DNA of 64,000 nt from Bilabrum cf. latius (lineage: Eukaryota). A program made the position numbers and the translations under genes. Shown here piece by piece: positions 1 through 12,443 of the stretch. Every line of letters starts with the position of its first letter. Within the stretch, counting starts at the first letter, position 1. The notes below the pieces were generated by a model. The model had not been told where the DNA came from. It made no database searches and saw only the letters and a list, made by a program, of their open reading frames with translations. The stretch covers positions 558,001 through 622,000 of the forward strand of contig OZ237746.1 of assembly GCA_965178125.1 (NCBI GenBank), given 5' to 3'.

Positions 1-197
1 CGATTAGCTTAAAATTTAAATTTCTTAACGAATTATATATAAAGACTGTGAAACAAAGTACGTCTCTATAGCTCTGCTCACAACTGAGCTGAGCATCAAC
101 GGCCGTAGTTCCGTTTAGAACCCTCTATCTTCGCGAACCTTCGCTTCGAATTACCAAGTCATGTCAGTGCCGTTTCGACACCACATCCGCGATTCCA

Positions 198-3100
198 ATG
201 TCCGGTCAAGTCGATGATTCCAAAGCCATTGCAGTCGAGGAAGGAAAATTCTCAGGAGGGAATCCAATGAGAGACCCTGAAATGGTGGAGAAGTCCCATG
301 ATGTTACCAGCAAGAGCACAACATGCTGCACATTCAAGTACGTCCTACTGGCAAGTGTCGCCGTCCTCATCGTCGGAGGCGCCGTTGCAGCGGCCGCAAT
401 TCATTTTTCGAAAGATAGTTCGTCTGATTCGGGCTCTATTTCGACAGTTGAAAGCGTATTCGGTCCTGGGACAGTTGGCGAAGAAGCCGCCGATTGCGCT
501 GATGAATGGCTTGAAAACCAGCGTGTATCGCCCGCACAGTATTATACCCGCGTACAAGTTGGATCTTCAGACTCATTTCCTGACTGTGTCGATGTGGATG
601 CAATGAACGAAGCAGCTGCAAGCGTTTTTGGCGTCAACGCATCGGCGATTGTCCTGACTGCAGATGCCTCATCTCGCCGTTTGTCGCGCGCAGCGGTACG
701 GCGAATGCAGGCAGGTAATTTAGTTCTAGTACAGCTTATATTCTCGTACTCCGAGGACGAGTCAGCGACAGTTGCTACACAGGTCCAGGCCAGCGCAGAC
801 TAGCTTGAGCGGGCTCTGCAGTCCGCTGTCCTGAATGCTACGGGCCAAGCAGCAGCCGTCACGATTCGCGTCATGACAGAAGATATCAGCAATGGCTTCA
901 TTCTGATGGATACCCTTCCGAGCACGAGCCCAGCTGTGAGCACAAGTTCTGCGGTCCTGGTCAGATGGCCGCAATCTCATGTATCATTGAGCCTCAGGCT
1001 ACTAGCAGTACTGCGCGTTCTATCGTACCAAGGATTGGAAATAACTGATATTGTTTTTCGATATTTTACGCAGGCATCAACCAATGATCCCGGGAATCAA
1101 CCCTCCATTTCATTGGTTAGTAACTCGCAGGAGATGACATGCGTCAAGGTCCAAAGTCAACCACCCAGAGATGCTGAGCACCGCGCTGCTCGGTCTTCAT
1201 GTTTGTCTTTTTTGCTAATGTTCCCACCGAATACTCCGCAGACGCCGACCCCGTCAACATCGCAACAGTCCGTGAGATGATTCGCGGCCACAGCACATAT
1301 CGACAGCACACACCGTGCAGAAAAAATGAAGCGACCTAAACACGCGACAAGCCACTGCATTTTTTCTTGTTGACAATTGCAGGCGCCTGCATCGACCGCC
1401 CCGAGCGACAGTCCGGCCCCTAGCAGCAGCAGCAGCCCGAGTGTAAGCCCATCGCCGAGCATAACAAGCAGCCCGAGTGTCAGCCCCACCCCGAGCATAA
1501 CAAGTAGCCAGAGCGTAAGCCCCACCCCGAGCACCACGGCAAGTGCTACCAGCAGTCCCAGCAACTCACCATCACCAAGCACAACCGCTACCGCGAGTCC
1601 CAGCCCCAGCCCCACTCCAACTCCTAGCCCGGTCCCCCTTGTGCGGCTCTTTGGCGACTCCGTGCCTGCGGCCGACCAGTACACGGTCACACCCACTGCT
1701 GCGACCCAGGCCAAGCAGCTCTCCGACAACTTCTACATGCGAGCACTCGGGGCGGGCAGCTCTGTCCTGGTGTACGCCTGCGATGATGCCACTCCTCCGC
1801 AGTGCAACGACACGGGTGTAGAGAACGGCTCGCACTTCACCGAGCTCGGCGGCAAGGTGTACATTGCAGGCAGGCTCAACAGCGTGACTGGGCTCGTCTC
1901 GTGCACCAGCGTGGGCACGTGCAGCGTGGTGAGTGTTGCGGGCTCGGTGTCGTCTGTCACCCACCTGACAGCGTACAACGGCCGGATCTGGTTCATGGGA
2001 ATCAGCACCACGTACGGGCGAGACTTGTTCAGCTGCGACACGCAGGACAGCTGCACGGCCCACGATCTGAACCCGTCGGGGAACGCCCGCCCGGAGAAGC
2101 TGGCCGTGGCGAACGGCAAGCTGTACATGCAGGCCCAGAGCGACGGCACCCACACGGACCTGTGGGTGTGCGGCACCGACAATCAGTGCACCGACCTGGA
2201 TCTGCGGTCCGGGTCGGAGCACGTGTACCCTAGCGACATCATCGAGTTCGGCGGCCAGGCGTGGCTCGCTGGCCAGATCGACGGGAGTGGCACCAAGCTG
2301 TTGCGGTGTGACTCGAGCGACACCTGCACTGCGGTGTCGGATGTATCAACCACGAGTACGCTCACATCCGCAGCCAAGGTGATCTTCGGGGGCAGGCTGT
2401 ACCTGTCCGGTGACGGTGACGAGCCGTGGGCCTGCGAGACGGATGGGTCCTGCAGCGAGGTGATGGACATCAACACGGGAGGCAGCTCCAGCCCCAGGTA
2501 CTTCACGGTGTTCCACAACAAGATCTGGTTTGCGGCTACGGATGGCACCACCAGGACGCTGTGGTCGTGCGACGCAGACGACTCGTGCTCCGCGCACTCG
2601 AGTGTGATCGACCCGGAGAAGCTGGTGGTGTTCGACAACAAGCTGTACATGGCCAGCGACGACGGGACGAGCGGGAAGGAGCCGTGGAGCTGCGACGCGT
2701 CGGAGACGTGCTCGATGCTGCAGGACATCAACCCTGGCTCTGGGGACTCTGACCCGTATCTGTTTGCCGGTGCCGATAACTTGTACGTGGTCGCGGACGA
2801 CAACACTCGGGGGTGGGACGTGTACACGTACGGGAGGCTGCAGCCCGCGGCGTCCTTCAGCCCGTCGCCCACCCCGTCCGCATCGCCCAGCACCAGCCCA
2901 TCACCGAGCGTGTCTGCAACGCCAACCCCTAGTCCGGTCCCCCTTGTACGGCTCTTTGGCGACTCCGTGCCTGCGGCCGACCAGTACACGGTCACACCCA
3001 CTGCTGCGACCCAGGCCAAGCAGCTCTCCGACAACTTCTACATGCGAGCACTCGGGGCGGGCAGCTCTGTCCTGGTGTACGCCTGCGATGATGCCACTCC

Positions 3101-5516
3101 TCCGCAGTGCAACGACACGGGTGTAGAGAACGGCTCGCACTTCACCGAGCTCGGCGGCAAGGTGTACATTGCAGGCAGGCTCAACAGCGTGACTGGGCTC
3201 GTCTCGTGCACCAGCGTGGGCACGTGCAGCGTGGTGAGTGTTGCGGGCTCGGTGTCGTCTGTCACCCACCTGACAGCGTACAACGGCCGGATCTGGTTCA
3301 TGGGAATCAGCACCACGTACGGGCGAGACTTGTTCAGCTGCGACACGCAGGACAGCTGCACGGCCCACGATCTGAACCCGTCGGGGAACGCCCGCCCGGA
3401 GAAGCTGGCCGTGGCGAACGGCAAGCTGTACATGCAGGCCCAGAGCGACGGCACCCACACGGACCTGTGGGTGTGCGGCACCGACAATCAGTGCACCGAC
3501 CTGGATCTGCGGTCCGGGTCGGAGCACGTGTACCCTAGCGACATCATCGAGTTCGGCGGCCAGGCGTGGCTCGCTGGCCAGATCGACGGGAGTGGCACCA
3601 AGCTGTTGCGGTGTGACTCGAGCGACACCTGCACTGCGGTGTCGGATGTGTCAACCACGAGTACGCTCACATCCGCAGCCAAGGTGATCTTCGGGGGCAG
3701 GCTGTACCTGTCCGGTGACGGTGACGAGCCGTGGGCCTGCGAGACGGATGGGTCCTGCAGCGAGGTGATGGACATCAACACGGGAGGCAGCTCCAGCCCC
3801 AGGTACTTCACGGTGTTCCACAACAAGATCTGGTTTGCGGCTACGGATGGCACCACCAGGACGCTGTGGTCGTGCGACGCAGACGACTCGTGCTCCGCGC
3901 ACTCGAGTGTGATCGACCCGGAGAAGCTGGTGGTGTTCGACAACAAGCTGTACATGGCCAGCGACGACGGGACGAGCGGGAAGGAGCCGTGGAGCTGCGA
4001 CGCGTCGGAGACGTGCTCGATGCTGCAGGACATCAACCCTGGCTCTGGGGACTCTGACCCGTATCTGTTTGCCGGTGCCGATAACTTGTACGTGGTCGCG
4101 GACGACAACACTCGGGGGTGGGACGTGTACACGTACGGGAGGCTGCAGCCCGCGGCGTCCTTCAGCCCGTCGCCCACCCCGTCCGCATCGCCCAGCACCA
4201 GCCCATCGCCGAGCGTGTCTGCAACGCCAACCCCTAGTCCGGTCCCCCTTGTACGGCTCTTTGGCGACTCCGTGCCTGCGGCCGACCAGTACACGGTCAC
4301 ACCCACTGCTGCGACCCAGGCCAAGCAGCTCTCCGACAACTTCTACATGCGAGCACTCGGGGCGGGCAGCTCTGTCCTGGTGTACGCCTGCGATGACGCC
4401 ACTCCCCCGCAGTGCAACGACACGGGTGTAGAGAACGGCTCGCACTTCACCGAGCTCGGCGGCAAGGTGTACATTGCAGGCAGGCTCAACAGCGTGACTG
4501 GGCTCGTCTCGTGCACCAGCGTGGGCACGTGCAGCGTGGTGAGTGTTGCGGGCTCGGTGTCGTCTGTCACCCACCTGACAGCGTACAACGGCCGGATCTG
4601 GTTCATGGGAATCAGCACCACGTACGGGCGAGACTTGTTCAGCTGCGACACGCAGGACAGCTGCACGGCCCACGATCTGAACCCGTCGGGGAACGCCCGC
4701 CCGGAGAAGCTGGCCGTGGCGAACGGCAAGCTGTACATGCAGGCCCAGAGCGACGGCACCCACACGGACCTGTGGGTGTGCGGCACCGACAATCAGTGCA
4801 CCGACCTGGATCTGCGGTCCGGGTCGGAGCACGTGTACCCTAGCGACATCATCGAGTTCGGCGGCCAGGCGTGGCTCGCTGGCCAGATCGACGGGAGTGG
4901 CACCAAGCTGTTGCGGTGTGACTCGAGCGACACCTGCACTGCGGTGTCGGATGTGTCAACCACGAGTACGCTCACATCCGCAGCCAAGGTGATCTTCGGG
5001 GGCAGGCTGTACCTGTCCGGTGACGGTGACGAGCCGTGGGCCTGCGAGACGGATGGGTCCTGCAGCGAGGTGATGGACATCAACACGGGAGGCAGCTCCA
5101 GCCCCAGGTACTTCACGGTGTTCCACAACAAGATCTGGTTTGCGGCTACGGATGGCACCACCAGGACGCTGTGGTCGTGCGACGCAGACGACTCGTGCTC
5201 CGCGCACTCGAGTGTGATCGACCCGGAGAAGCTGGTGGTGTTCGACAACAAGCTGTACATGGCCAGCGACGACGGGACGAACGGGAAGGAGCCGTGGAGC
5301 TGCGACGCGTCGGAGACGTGCTCGATGCTGCAGGACATCAACCCTGGCTCTGGGGACTCTGACCCGTATCTGTTTGCCGGTGCCGATAACTTGTACGTGG
5401 TCGCGGACGACAACACTCGGGGGTGGGACGTGTACACATACGGGAGGCTGCAGCCCGCGGCGTCCTTCAGCCCGTCGCCCACCCCGTCCGCATCGCCTGC
5501 CTCTCCCCCACTATAA
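198..5516 (+). CDS. Type II membrane-anchored surface protein with Ser/Pro/Thr stalk and three tandem Cys-rich ELWxxDGT-like beta-propeller modules
   Basis: N-terminal TM (YVLLASVAVLIVGGAVAAAAIHF). In-frame TAG 801-803 reads on as SAD-Q-LERALQ. Inferred exons 198-959, 1074-1115, 1242-1271, 1383-5516; the first two introns are in-frame and uncertain. Repeats such as GKEPWSCDASETCSMLQDINPGSGDSDP resemble ELWxxDGT repeats. Ends TAA. Confidence 0.75.
1623..5500 (+). repeat. Three near-identical 1305-bp coding tandem repeats (435 aa each)
   Basis: Units start at about 1623, 2928 and 4233 and differ by only a handful of substitutions. The ORF track repeats at a 1305-bp period. Confidence 0.95.
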
Positions 5517-5821
5517 TCTAGCACTTCTATTTCGGAGGGATGTGGATCTGTCGCCTTTTGCCTAAAGGCTAGTATAATTGGGTCTATCCAACTTGAAGAG
5601 AGCTGGATAGCCGTGTGTTTTGAAGTGCAATCCTCAGACCACCACTCGTTGGGTGTCTACGAGAAAGTTTCTGATAGAAAGTCAAATAAACCCTTCAAAA
5701 ATCAAGAAGAAGGGAGTGGTCTGATATTTTGTGGACTGAGTGCCAAGCCACTGGACTGAACTCAAAAGCGCATGCTATCACGAAGAAACATCTGGAACGA
5801 GGGCCCGGGACCTACCAGACC

Positions 5822-6146
5822 TCACGCTTCAGCTGCAATGGCCTAACTAACCACCTAAGCTCCACCCTGAGGACCCATTTCCCGCTGAGGAGCGTCAGCA
5901 TTCACGATCCCTCCGGCGCCCGCTGCCGGCCCCCGTCCTGCTGCCCGTTCTGAGCCAACCCTGCCGTTGACGTTGGCAACCGCCTCGGCGAGGTTGTTGT
6001 TTTCGGCTGCCCCTACAGCCAGGCTGGCGAAGTCCTCCTTGGCCAACCTAACGAGCGCCCGTTTGGCCTTCGCTGCAGCCCTCATCGATCCCTTCGAGAC
6101 AAAATCGAGGATCCTTGAGTGGTCCTGCATGACCCGTGAGTACATG
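5822..6146 (-). CDS. Short hypothetical ORF (TAG read-through), possibly part of a decayed element
   Basis: ORF 5855-6226 continues through two TAGs (A-Q-VVS-Q-AIAAEA) to TGA at 5822. No recognisable domain; start uncertain. Confidence 0.3.
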
Positions 6147-6197
6147 TTTTTACAACATAGTGCCAAGAACAAGGCGATGGGGATCAGGCCTGAGCAG

Positions 6198-6287
6198 GGG
6201 GGGTACGAGGCCCTCGTACCCCCCACTCGTCACACTTAGGGGTACGAAATTTGGCGGATCTCAGGTCAGACCGCCTCGTACCCCCCC
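6198..6287. repeat. Palindromic GGGGTACGAGG/CCTCGTACCCC motif cluster 1
   Basis: Perfect hairpin GGGGGGTACGAGG-C-CCTCGTACCCCCC at 6198-6224, plus a second inverted pair at 6239-6247 / 6276-6287. Confidence 0.85.
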
Positions 6288-6311
6288 ACGGTGTCGATGG
6301 AGGCAGTTGAC

Positions 6312-7017
6312 ATGGGTTCTACCCGGAAAAAGACATAGACGAAGAAGTCATTGTGCGAGAAGGTGAAGGACAGGGAAAAGCTAGCCTGGGAAACCGCTGA
6401 GCGCATGGGCTGCGCTCACGGACGCTGGGCTCCAGAATCCGGGCACTGCACCCTCAGGCTGGCGGCGCGCACCCCAAGCGGAGTGACCACCCTGAGGTCG
6501 TGGCTGGAGGGCGTGCAGCTAGACGACGGGAAACACCCGCTGCAGCTCGTGGCAGACGTTGAGGTATTCATCAAGAGCTACCGATCCTAGTACGCCGTGT
6601 GCAGGCCAAAGCTCAAGCCGAGGAGCTCGAACTGGAACGGGTGCCGGTGGCCTCTGGTGATGGAATGGGCCACAGAGGTAAAGAGCTCCAGGTCTAGGTG
6701 CGGCCACAGGAAGAACTACCCACGATACAAGACATAATTAAATGTGAGGTACATCGGTTCCATCCATCCTTCCTCAGCGGGTGAACGAGTCTTATCGGTG
6801 TGGAATGTAGTTGCCGACCAGCAACGGGTCAACCTTTTCATTCGCCAGCGGAAATTCGAGATGAGATACAGAGTAGATATATCTACTATGATGCGAGTGC
6901 TGTAGCTCCAGTTGGAGGCAGAAGGTGTCACACCGGCGGGAGAGCTCTGCGAGGAAGTCTGGGAAATCGCTTCCGAGCACCTTGCGGCATCACTCATGCC
7001 AGTTGCAGCAGACTAAG
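6312..7017 (+). pseudogene. Hypothetical ORF of about 235 codons with in-frame TAGs and one internal TAA
   Basis: ATG 6312 (MGSTRKKT-Q-TKK). The frame stays open through TAGs, has TAA at 6735-6737, then continues LNVRYIGS...PVAAD to TAA near 7015. No recognisable domain. Confidence 0.35.
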
Positions 7018-7251
7018 CTGACAGATAACTTAATTACAACTGGATTGAAGAAGATGAAGGATAATTGGTTCCCTGTATCTCGCTTGAAGATGGCCCATGA
7101 TTTTTTGAGAATATATCAGAATCCTGGGTTGCGTGACATTTTTTCGATGTCGAATTTTGCGACCGAGTTGTGTTCCATCCAACTCAGCTCGCTCTGGGGA
7201 GTCCAAAAATGCCTTCAGATCCCATATAGCACTATAGGAAGTTGGTTTTTA

Positions 7252-7318
7252 GGGGGGGTACGAGATTTGGTGATTTTTGGAGCCTCGTACCCCTCCTCGT
7301 ACCCCTCCTCGTACCCCT
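7252..7318. repeat. Palindromic motif cluster 2 with three tandem CCTCGTACCCCT 12-mers
   Basis: GGGGGGGTACGAG at 7252-7264 followed by 12-mers at 7283, 7295 and 7307. Confidence 0.85.
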
Positions 7319-7433
7319 ACCGTGCACAGGCCTGATGGGGATCTATGGTTCCGTAAAATTTTAGCGCAACTTGAAATACCAGATTTGAGATCCCCCCAAT
7401 ATTTGAGGAAAAGGAAGGAGGGGAGTACATCTT

Positions 7434-8190
7434 TTGCATTGGGAACCCACAAGTATGGCTTCGGTGAAATGCTATAGCAAGGAAAGCTGCTTGATTTACT
7501 ATTACAAACCAGCACTTGGAGATGATGGCATGGTTTCAGTTTCTATTACGGACCAAAGCGTGCGTGACGCCGGAATACAAAGACTGCTGGAACGGTTCTA
7601 TTACCTCGCCTTGAGAATGGCTAGACTTGAAGGCCTCTCCAGCGCCAAAGCCTATTGCTTGTCAGTATTGGGACTAAAAGCAGATGCTGGGACTCCTGCT
7701 AAGAATCCTGATGCTATTAAGCAGTGGAAGGCTACCGATGAAGACGCTGCAACAACGCAGCTAGAAGCTGCCGAGTCCGAAGCCCCATGCATCCGGGATT
7801 TGCGCGACCTGCTCAGGTTCGCATACTGCTGGATTTACGATCTGAACATGGGCCCGTTTGAAGGGATTCACAGCCGACTTGTCGGCATAGAAGAGCAGCT
7901 TCTCTAGATGGACGGCAGGTACTCCAAGTTCTACGCAGCCGCGAACGGAGGCCACGACGAGGCATATAGCCGTCCATCGGAGAGAGTTGATTAAGAACCC
8001 GCGGAGCAAACAAGCGCGGCATGCTAACCTGCGAAGCCCGACGCGGAGATTCCTGCAACTTGCCTGTGTGAGCAGTTGTCTCTCCGACCCAGTCACCATG
8101 GTGTTCAGTATGAGGTAGAGGTGCGGCAGGTGGCTAGCCAAGTAGTACTGTGCGGCTAGCGCAGCTACGTAGTTGACGTTGTGTCATTGC
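7434..8190 (+). pseudogene. Decayed hypothetical ORF
   Basis: 157-aa ORF continues past TAG 7905-7907 (LL-Q-MDGRYSKF), then apparently shifts frame near 7965. No recognisable domain. Confidence 0.3.
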
Positions 8191-8518
8191 TAAGAGGTGT
8201 AGCCACGGACGGGGTGCTACGACTGAAGGCAATCGGCAAGCGTAAGGCAGGTGACGACGGGGTTTCGGACGCACGGACACGGAGGCGGCGAACGAGATGA
8301 AGGCGGGTCCGGCGGTGGACGGCCACCAGCGGAGGTGGAATTTGGATCGCGGAGTACAGTTCCGGCACTCAGTCGCCACGCGTCGCGCTGAAAGACCTGA
8401 GCAGGGTCTCAATGTGCAACGCAGCTTGCGATTTTCCGGCTTCGCGTGTGTCATTTTTTAAACAAAGCTTTCTAGATTCTGCGTTCAATCAATCAACTTC
8501 TTGAAGCTCCAGATGATC

Positions 8519-11500
8519 TCAAGCATGGAGGTGGGCTCCTGCGGCCCGCTCGGCTGCACGCCACGCAACAGCTGCATCCGCCACCCCAGCACCACGAAGA
8601 GCGCGTCTGGCCCACCTCGAAGCCTTGCGAGCCACAGCAGCCCACTCAGCCGACAGATCTGCACACTGCTTCCGGAGAATCGCTACCGCCAGAGCCGTCA
8701 CCCACACCGCCTGCGCGCTGTCCCCGGCGGCAGCAAGCTCGCCCGGCTGCTTGCCCTCCCAGCCATCGCCTGCCATAGCACGGAACGCAGCGGTCACCCG
8801 GAAGTCCCCAGCGGCCGACTGCCCCTGTACCAGGTCCTGCATACGCTCGCGGGCGGTTCCTGGCACAGAATATCCGGGTGCCTCCCCGCCCATCATGTCC
8901 TCCATCTCGCTCTCGTCCTCGGAGGAGCCCAGCGACCCCACGACCAAATCGTCAAGCTCGCCGCGCCCTGGCCCTGTAGGTGTGTCCTCTGCTTTGAAAG
9001 ACGCAGTCTGGGCTCGTTTGGGTCGCGAGGGCACCGCCGAGAACAGCTCCGTGGCCACGGACTGTTCCTGCTCAGCGGCAGGTGCGGGGGCAGGTGCCCC
9101 CCCAAAGCCCATGGCCGACATGAGACCGGAGAGCATTCCGCCACTGGGGGCAGCACCTGCACTGGCCGGTGCTGCCTGCGCATTGAAGCTCTCTGCTTGA
9201 TCCCTCAGCTCCAATGACCGTGCCTGCATGGCACCCAGCCCCTCCCCGCGAACAGTTGTTGCCTCTAGGTCGTCGCTCCCGAATGATGCGCGGCGGGACC
9301 GCCTGTCATAGACCGTGCGGTCGAGGCCTGCCGGTCGCACATCCATTCCTCCTCCAGATTGAGTGGACGGTGCGTCGCGCAGACCACGCCTCTTCGCCCG
9401 CGCGCCTCCTCGCTGTCCCCTGGCGCCCTCTGGCACTCGGCCCCGGGCCCGCGCCATCGCCCGCGCGTGCCCCGCGTGCATCCCGACATCGAAGTCGCCA
9501 TCACTATCCTCACTAACTTCGTTCGCGGCTGCATCCATGGCCATATCCAGGGCCACAGGGGCGCCACCTACGGCTGCATACACACCAAACGGGCCACCTC
9601 TACCGACCCGGCCCGCCGCAGCAGGTAGCGCCCTGCCTTCCTCCCTCTGTGGCCGCAGCAGCTCCGGCGGGATGGGTTGGTTGTCAGCCCGCAGCATCTG
9701 CACGTACAAGGACTCCTCCGGCTCCTCGTGGGGCGCATCCTCGAGGGCCGGCTTCAGGGCGGCCTGGCCCACGAAGCGAGTCGCCATGTCGTCCACGGCT
9801 GCGTCACCGCCGGCCGCAGCGGACGCGTAGTCGACAGCCACGAACGATGCCAGCTTCGAAGCCACCCCGAACTGCAGGCACAGATCCAGCGCCTTTTTCT
9901 TGTCGCCTTTGTCGGTCGAACTCTCGAGCTGCTTGGCGATCCGGCTGGCGCACAGGCAGTGCACGGCCCGCCCTGTTGACATGGCCGCCGCGCCGTGGAT
10001 CACGCCGGTCTCCATAGCGCGGACGCCGGGATTGTCCTACGCATCTTGCGGTGCACCTGCGCCCGTGGAGGCGGACACTGACCCTGCTCCGCCCGTGGAC
10101 CCGGTTCCAGACCCTGCCGCATCCGCCTCGGTGGTGGCTGCTGCATCACCCGCTGGTTGCTCGCCCTCCTGCTTCACGTCATCCTCGTCGCTGTCGCTGT
10201 CCCCCCCGCGATCGCTGAGCTCCCTCAAAGGCACGGCCAGCTTCCAAGACAAGGAACCGTCCGGGCCGATGGCCTGCAGGGTCACGCTCGCCACGGCAGG
10301 CAGCGCCCCTTCCTTGCCCGACTGCCCCAACTCCCACACGCCGGGCTTGAGGATGGCAGTCATCAGGAGTCGATCGCCGGCGAACACGGGCACGTGCTTG
10401 GAGGGCCACGAGTGCTGCACGAAGGGCCGAAGCTCGCCCCAGTCAACCTTGACGTTGCTGAGCGCGGGCTGGAGGGCTCGGTTCATCTGCCTGGCCACTG
10501 GCTCCTCGATCCGGTCCCCGCTGGCCACCATCTCGGCCTTGCCGCCGCCCGCCTCCGCCACGCCTTTGACCAGGGCGGAGGAGGCCTCGGAGCCGAAACC
10601 CAGGGAGAACACCCGCACGCCCTGCTTGCTCCTGGTGCCGCGCACGAAGTCCACCACGGCCCTGGTGTTCTCCACATCCCCGTCGGTCATGAGCACGAGC
10701 ACGCGAGGCCACTCCGGGTCTGGATCTTCCTCCAGTACTGGGTCCCTGAAGGGGAGAGGCTCCACGAGGCTCTCGGTGAGGGGGGCCAGGATCTCCGTCC
10801 CGCCCAGGTTGGCCTCCATGCTGCGCACGTGGGCCAGGGCAGTCTGCAGGGTCTCGTCGGAGTACTGCCTGGCGCCGCCGTCGAACAGCGGCTGCCGGTG
10901 GGTCCCAAAGCTCACGATCTGGAACTTGCAGGTGCTCGGCAGCGACCTCAGGGCCATGGCCAGCGCGTCCTTCACCTGCCTCATGCGGCTCCCTGCCATG
11001 CTGCCCGACCGGTCCACCAGGAACGTGTACTCCACCCGTGGATCGTTGTCGAACGTGTCCGCATCCAGGTCGGGCTGAAGGCTCACCATCACGGCGTGCT
11101 GGGAGGGACCAGAACCAGATCCAGAACCAGACCCGCCCGCGCTGCCAGCCGCCGCGCCACTCACCCCCTGCTCGCTGGCCTCCCCCTGCTCCCTGGCATC
11201 CTGCCCGCTCAGCTGCTCCACCCACGCCCGAGGCGCGTGCGGGTTCTCCGTCAGGATATCGATCACGAAGTCTCCGCCGATCAGCCCCGCCCCTCGAGGG
11301 TCCCTCCACACCACCTGGGCGTTCTTGCGAGACATGGTGCCTGCCCCGCTCTCAGCATCCGCAGGCTGCCCCTCGGCGCCCGAGGTCCTGCCGCCCTCGG
11401 CGTCCGGGTGCAGCAGCACAGTAACGAAGTCGTCGGCGGGATGCGAGGGCACGTGCACCGACCTGATCCGACCCGCCATGCCGATGTCCACCGACACGCT

Positions 11501-12303
11501 CACGGGATATCCCGCCCCCTCTGCGTCATCCACGTCGGGGCCGGCACCAGCCCCTGTGGTGGCATCGCCTCCTGCCCCCGTGCCAGTGGTCGCGGCGGGT
11601 TTAGTCGCGGGCTCTTGCCCAGAGCCGAGCTCGTACCTTGGTGCCACGGTGGTTGGGATCACGAGCCTGGTGCTCTCCCCGCTGCACTGCAGGGGACTCA
11701 CCACGGTGATCTCGACCGTGGCGCTCTGGCCGGGGCCCAGGTTGCCCAGAGTGGTGGTGAACACGTCGCGGGAGGCTGCGCTCTCTTCGACTAGGGCTGC
11801 TTTGCCTCCTGCAGCGATGGCGTCTTCGTATGCGTCCTTGGCGGCTTCCTTTTCCTGGACTTCTCCGCGAACCATCCGGTCTCCAAGCTTGGCCTGCGAG
11901 ATGCACCGAACGATGGACTCTATAATAAAATAAGCAAAGTCTCATAGAACTTTTTAGTCTGGTACATCGAACGAGTGCAATCTGGCGACCGTCCAATGCG
12001 TACATGCTAGGATCCAAGCAGGAAGCATCTCGTTCTCGGTGCGGTAGCCAAGCAATTGACCAGCACTCCGAACGCAATTTCTATCGTCGCCATCATGGTG
12101 CTCACCGCAATTCCTGTTACAACACTAGATGCATCTACTGGAAACGTGTAAATGACCTCAAGAGGTTTGCTTTCCTTGTTCTCAAACGTCTGCCGAACGG
12201 TAAGCTCGCAAAGGGCCTCTCCAACCTTGCCAGTGACATCTACGGAGGTCAGTGGGAGAGGAGGGCCTCCTCCTGTAGGCAATAAACCGATTTGCTTCGC
12301 CAT
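8519..12303 (-). CDS. VIT + von Willebrand factor A domain protein (VWA5A-like)
   Basis: VIT motifs (QTFEN...YTFP, GEVQEKEAAKDAYEDAI) and MIDAS FLVDRSGSM, LMTDG. Intron 11894-12105. TAG 10037-10039 joins the 612-aa and 498-aa ORFs. Ends TGA. Confidence 0.9.
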
Positions 12304-12443
12304 GATGTTCTTTCGGTTTTTATGAGGACAGTTAATAATGAATTCTCAGGCACAATTCCGATCCACGCAATATGCACTGCAATGTAGCGCCCGTCCGGAT
12401 CCGTCGCGTTTGACGAGGGTCCAAATATCGCACTGAAAAACAG

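Noticed and set aside
7283-7318. CRISPR-like array
   Set aside because: Short tandem 12-mers without spacers, eukaryotic context, no cas genes.
9900-11794. Long antisense or alternate-frame ORFs (here and at 42122-43660, 52880-54258, 18881-20290)
   Set aside because: Shadows of GC3-rich sense genes with no domain signatures.
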